64,000 nt of DNA from Tubulanus polymorphus. Lineage: Eukaryota > Animalia > Nemertea. The stretch lies in the NCBI RefSeq assembly GCF_964204645.1, contig NC_134036.1, forward strand, positions 5,982,600-6,046,599, written 5' to 3'. Positions 63,025 to 64,000 of the stretch are shown piece after piece (the first letter of the stretch is position 1; each line of letters begins with the position of its first letter). Both the position numbers and the translations under genes were made by a program. The notes beneath the pieces are model-generated. The model ran no database searches and was not told where the DNA came from. It saw only the letters and a list, made by a program, of their open reading frames with translations.

Positions 63025-64000
63025 ATGAACGCTGTATACGCGGTGATAGCTGTGTTAGCCGCGGTAAGCGGCGCGTGTAAGTATTATTGCTCGAGATTGT
63101 GATCTCCATTGAAGAAAAAAACCGTCACCTTTTTCCTTTACATGTGTTGTTGTTTATTGCAGCGGCGTGGGGATACGCACCTTATCGGCCAATGCATCCA
63201 CAACGTAAGTAAAAAAATGGATTTATATTTGCCGCCTTGCTTTTCGTAGGATTGGCCTAAGACATTTAACAGCACACTTTCAAAAACTGATCGTCTATAC
63301 GTGTTCAGTACTTCGCCTGCGGTATTTTTCTATATTGAAAATGAACTACAAACACCATACATTAGACATTTTGCCAGCAAACCTTAAATAACTGACCATC
63401 TACACTAATAATTCACATGTGTTCAGGATTTCGTCACCTGAGCCATTTCCGCCATACCGAAATGATCTACATATCTCAGATACGAGACTTTTTATCAGCA
63501 CACCCGTTTATACTTACAAATTCATTCCCGCATCGTTTTTCAGGTTTTCATAACTACTCACCGTGGTACCCGAGCCCGGTAAGTACATCTTATAATACGT
63601 AACCTTGAAAAAAGAATTTCTTGAATTATATACCCTAAGGACGTATATTGCCTTTCAATCTTGAAATGACATCGCTTCAGTGCTTTAAGGTTCGTGGTTT
63701 GAAACATTTCATTCGTTTTTAAAACTCGCGCTGTGGTCGATCAGTGATAGAATGAGACTTTTTTGATATTTGCCCCCGGTCGAAGGTTTTTAGTCATCAC
63801 AAATGAGTCAGTTTAAAAGTTGAATCGATTTTTTTGAGAGAAAACAAACGATTTCAATTAGTGCTGACCACCAGTGTGACGACCTCATTGCAGCAACCTT
63901 CGCAGCAACAACAACCCGCACCACAGCACGGACTGTACGGGCCACCATCGCCGCCGCAGATGTACCACTATCAGTCTCCGAATCAGAAACCGGTGCCTTG
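63025..64000 (+). CDS. 5' part of a secreted Pro/Gln/Tyr/His-rich protein gene with micro-exons; continues beyond window
   Basis: Exons 63025-63076, 63163-63204, 63544-63578, 63894-64000+, in phase with GTAAGT donors. Product MNAVYAVIAVLAAVSGASAWG-YAPYRPMHPQRFHNYSPWYPSPQPSQQQQPAPQHGLYGPPSPPQMYHYQSPNQKPVP. Probable 5'UTR exon ending ~62719 (AG|GTAAGG). Confidence 0.75.

Overview
This is AT-rich, intron-rich eukaryotic DNA, most likely from an invertebrate (inferred from gene families and splice signals). Most ORF-track entries are artefacts of satellites or antisense frames. Four gene systems can be reconstructed by hand, with canonical GT-AG sites and consistent phases. (1) A minus-strand DTHD1-like (ZU5/UPA, death-domain family) gene has 13 coding exons at 359-26027 and runs off the left edge. 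(2) A same-strand tandem array of five single-coding-exon class A GPCRs (FMRFamide-receptor-like), plus a sixth relic, is nested in its first two coding introns. (3) A plus-strand 11-exon extended-SDR (NAD-dependent epimerase-like) gene lies at 37060-58979. Its first intron carries a ~9 kb TA-flanked transposon with ~227-bp TIRs. That transposon encodes an apparently intact 7-exon IS630-Tc1-mariner DD83E (Sailor-like) transposase fused to a C-terminal PHD finger. (4) The 5' end of a secreted Pro/Gln/Tyr-rich micro-exon gene sits at the right edge. The introns hold Harbinger- and Tc1-type MITEs, hairpins and minisatellites, some evidently seeded from MITE or tRNA-like motifs. The best candidates for novelty are the spliced PHD-bearing transposon and the nested, possibly splice-coupled, atypical GPCR array.
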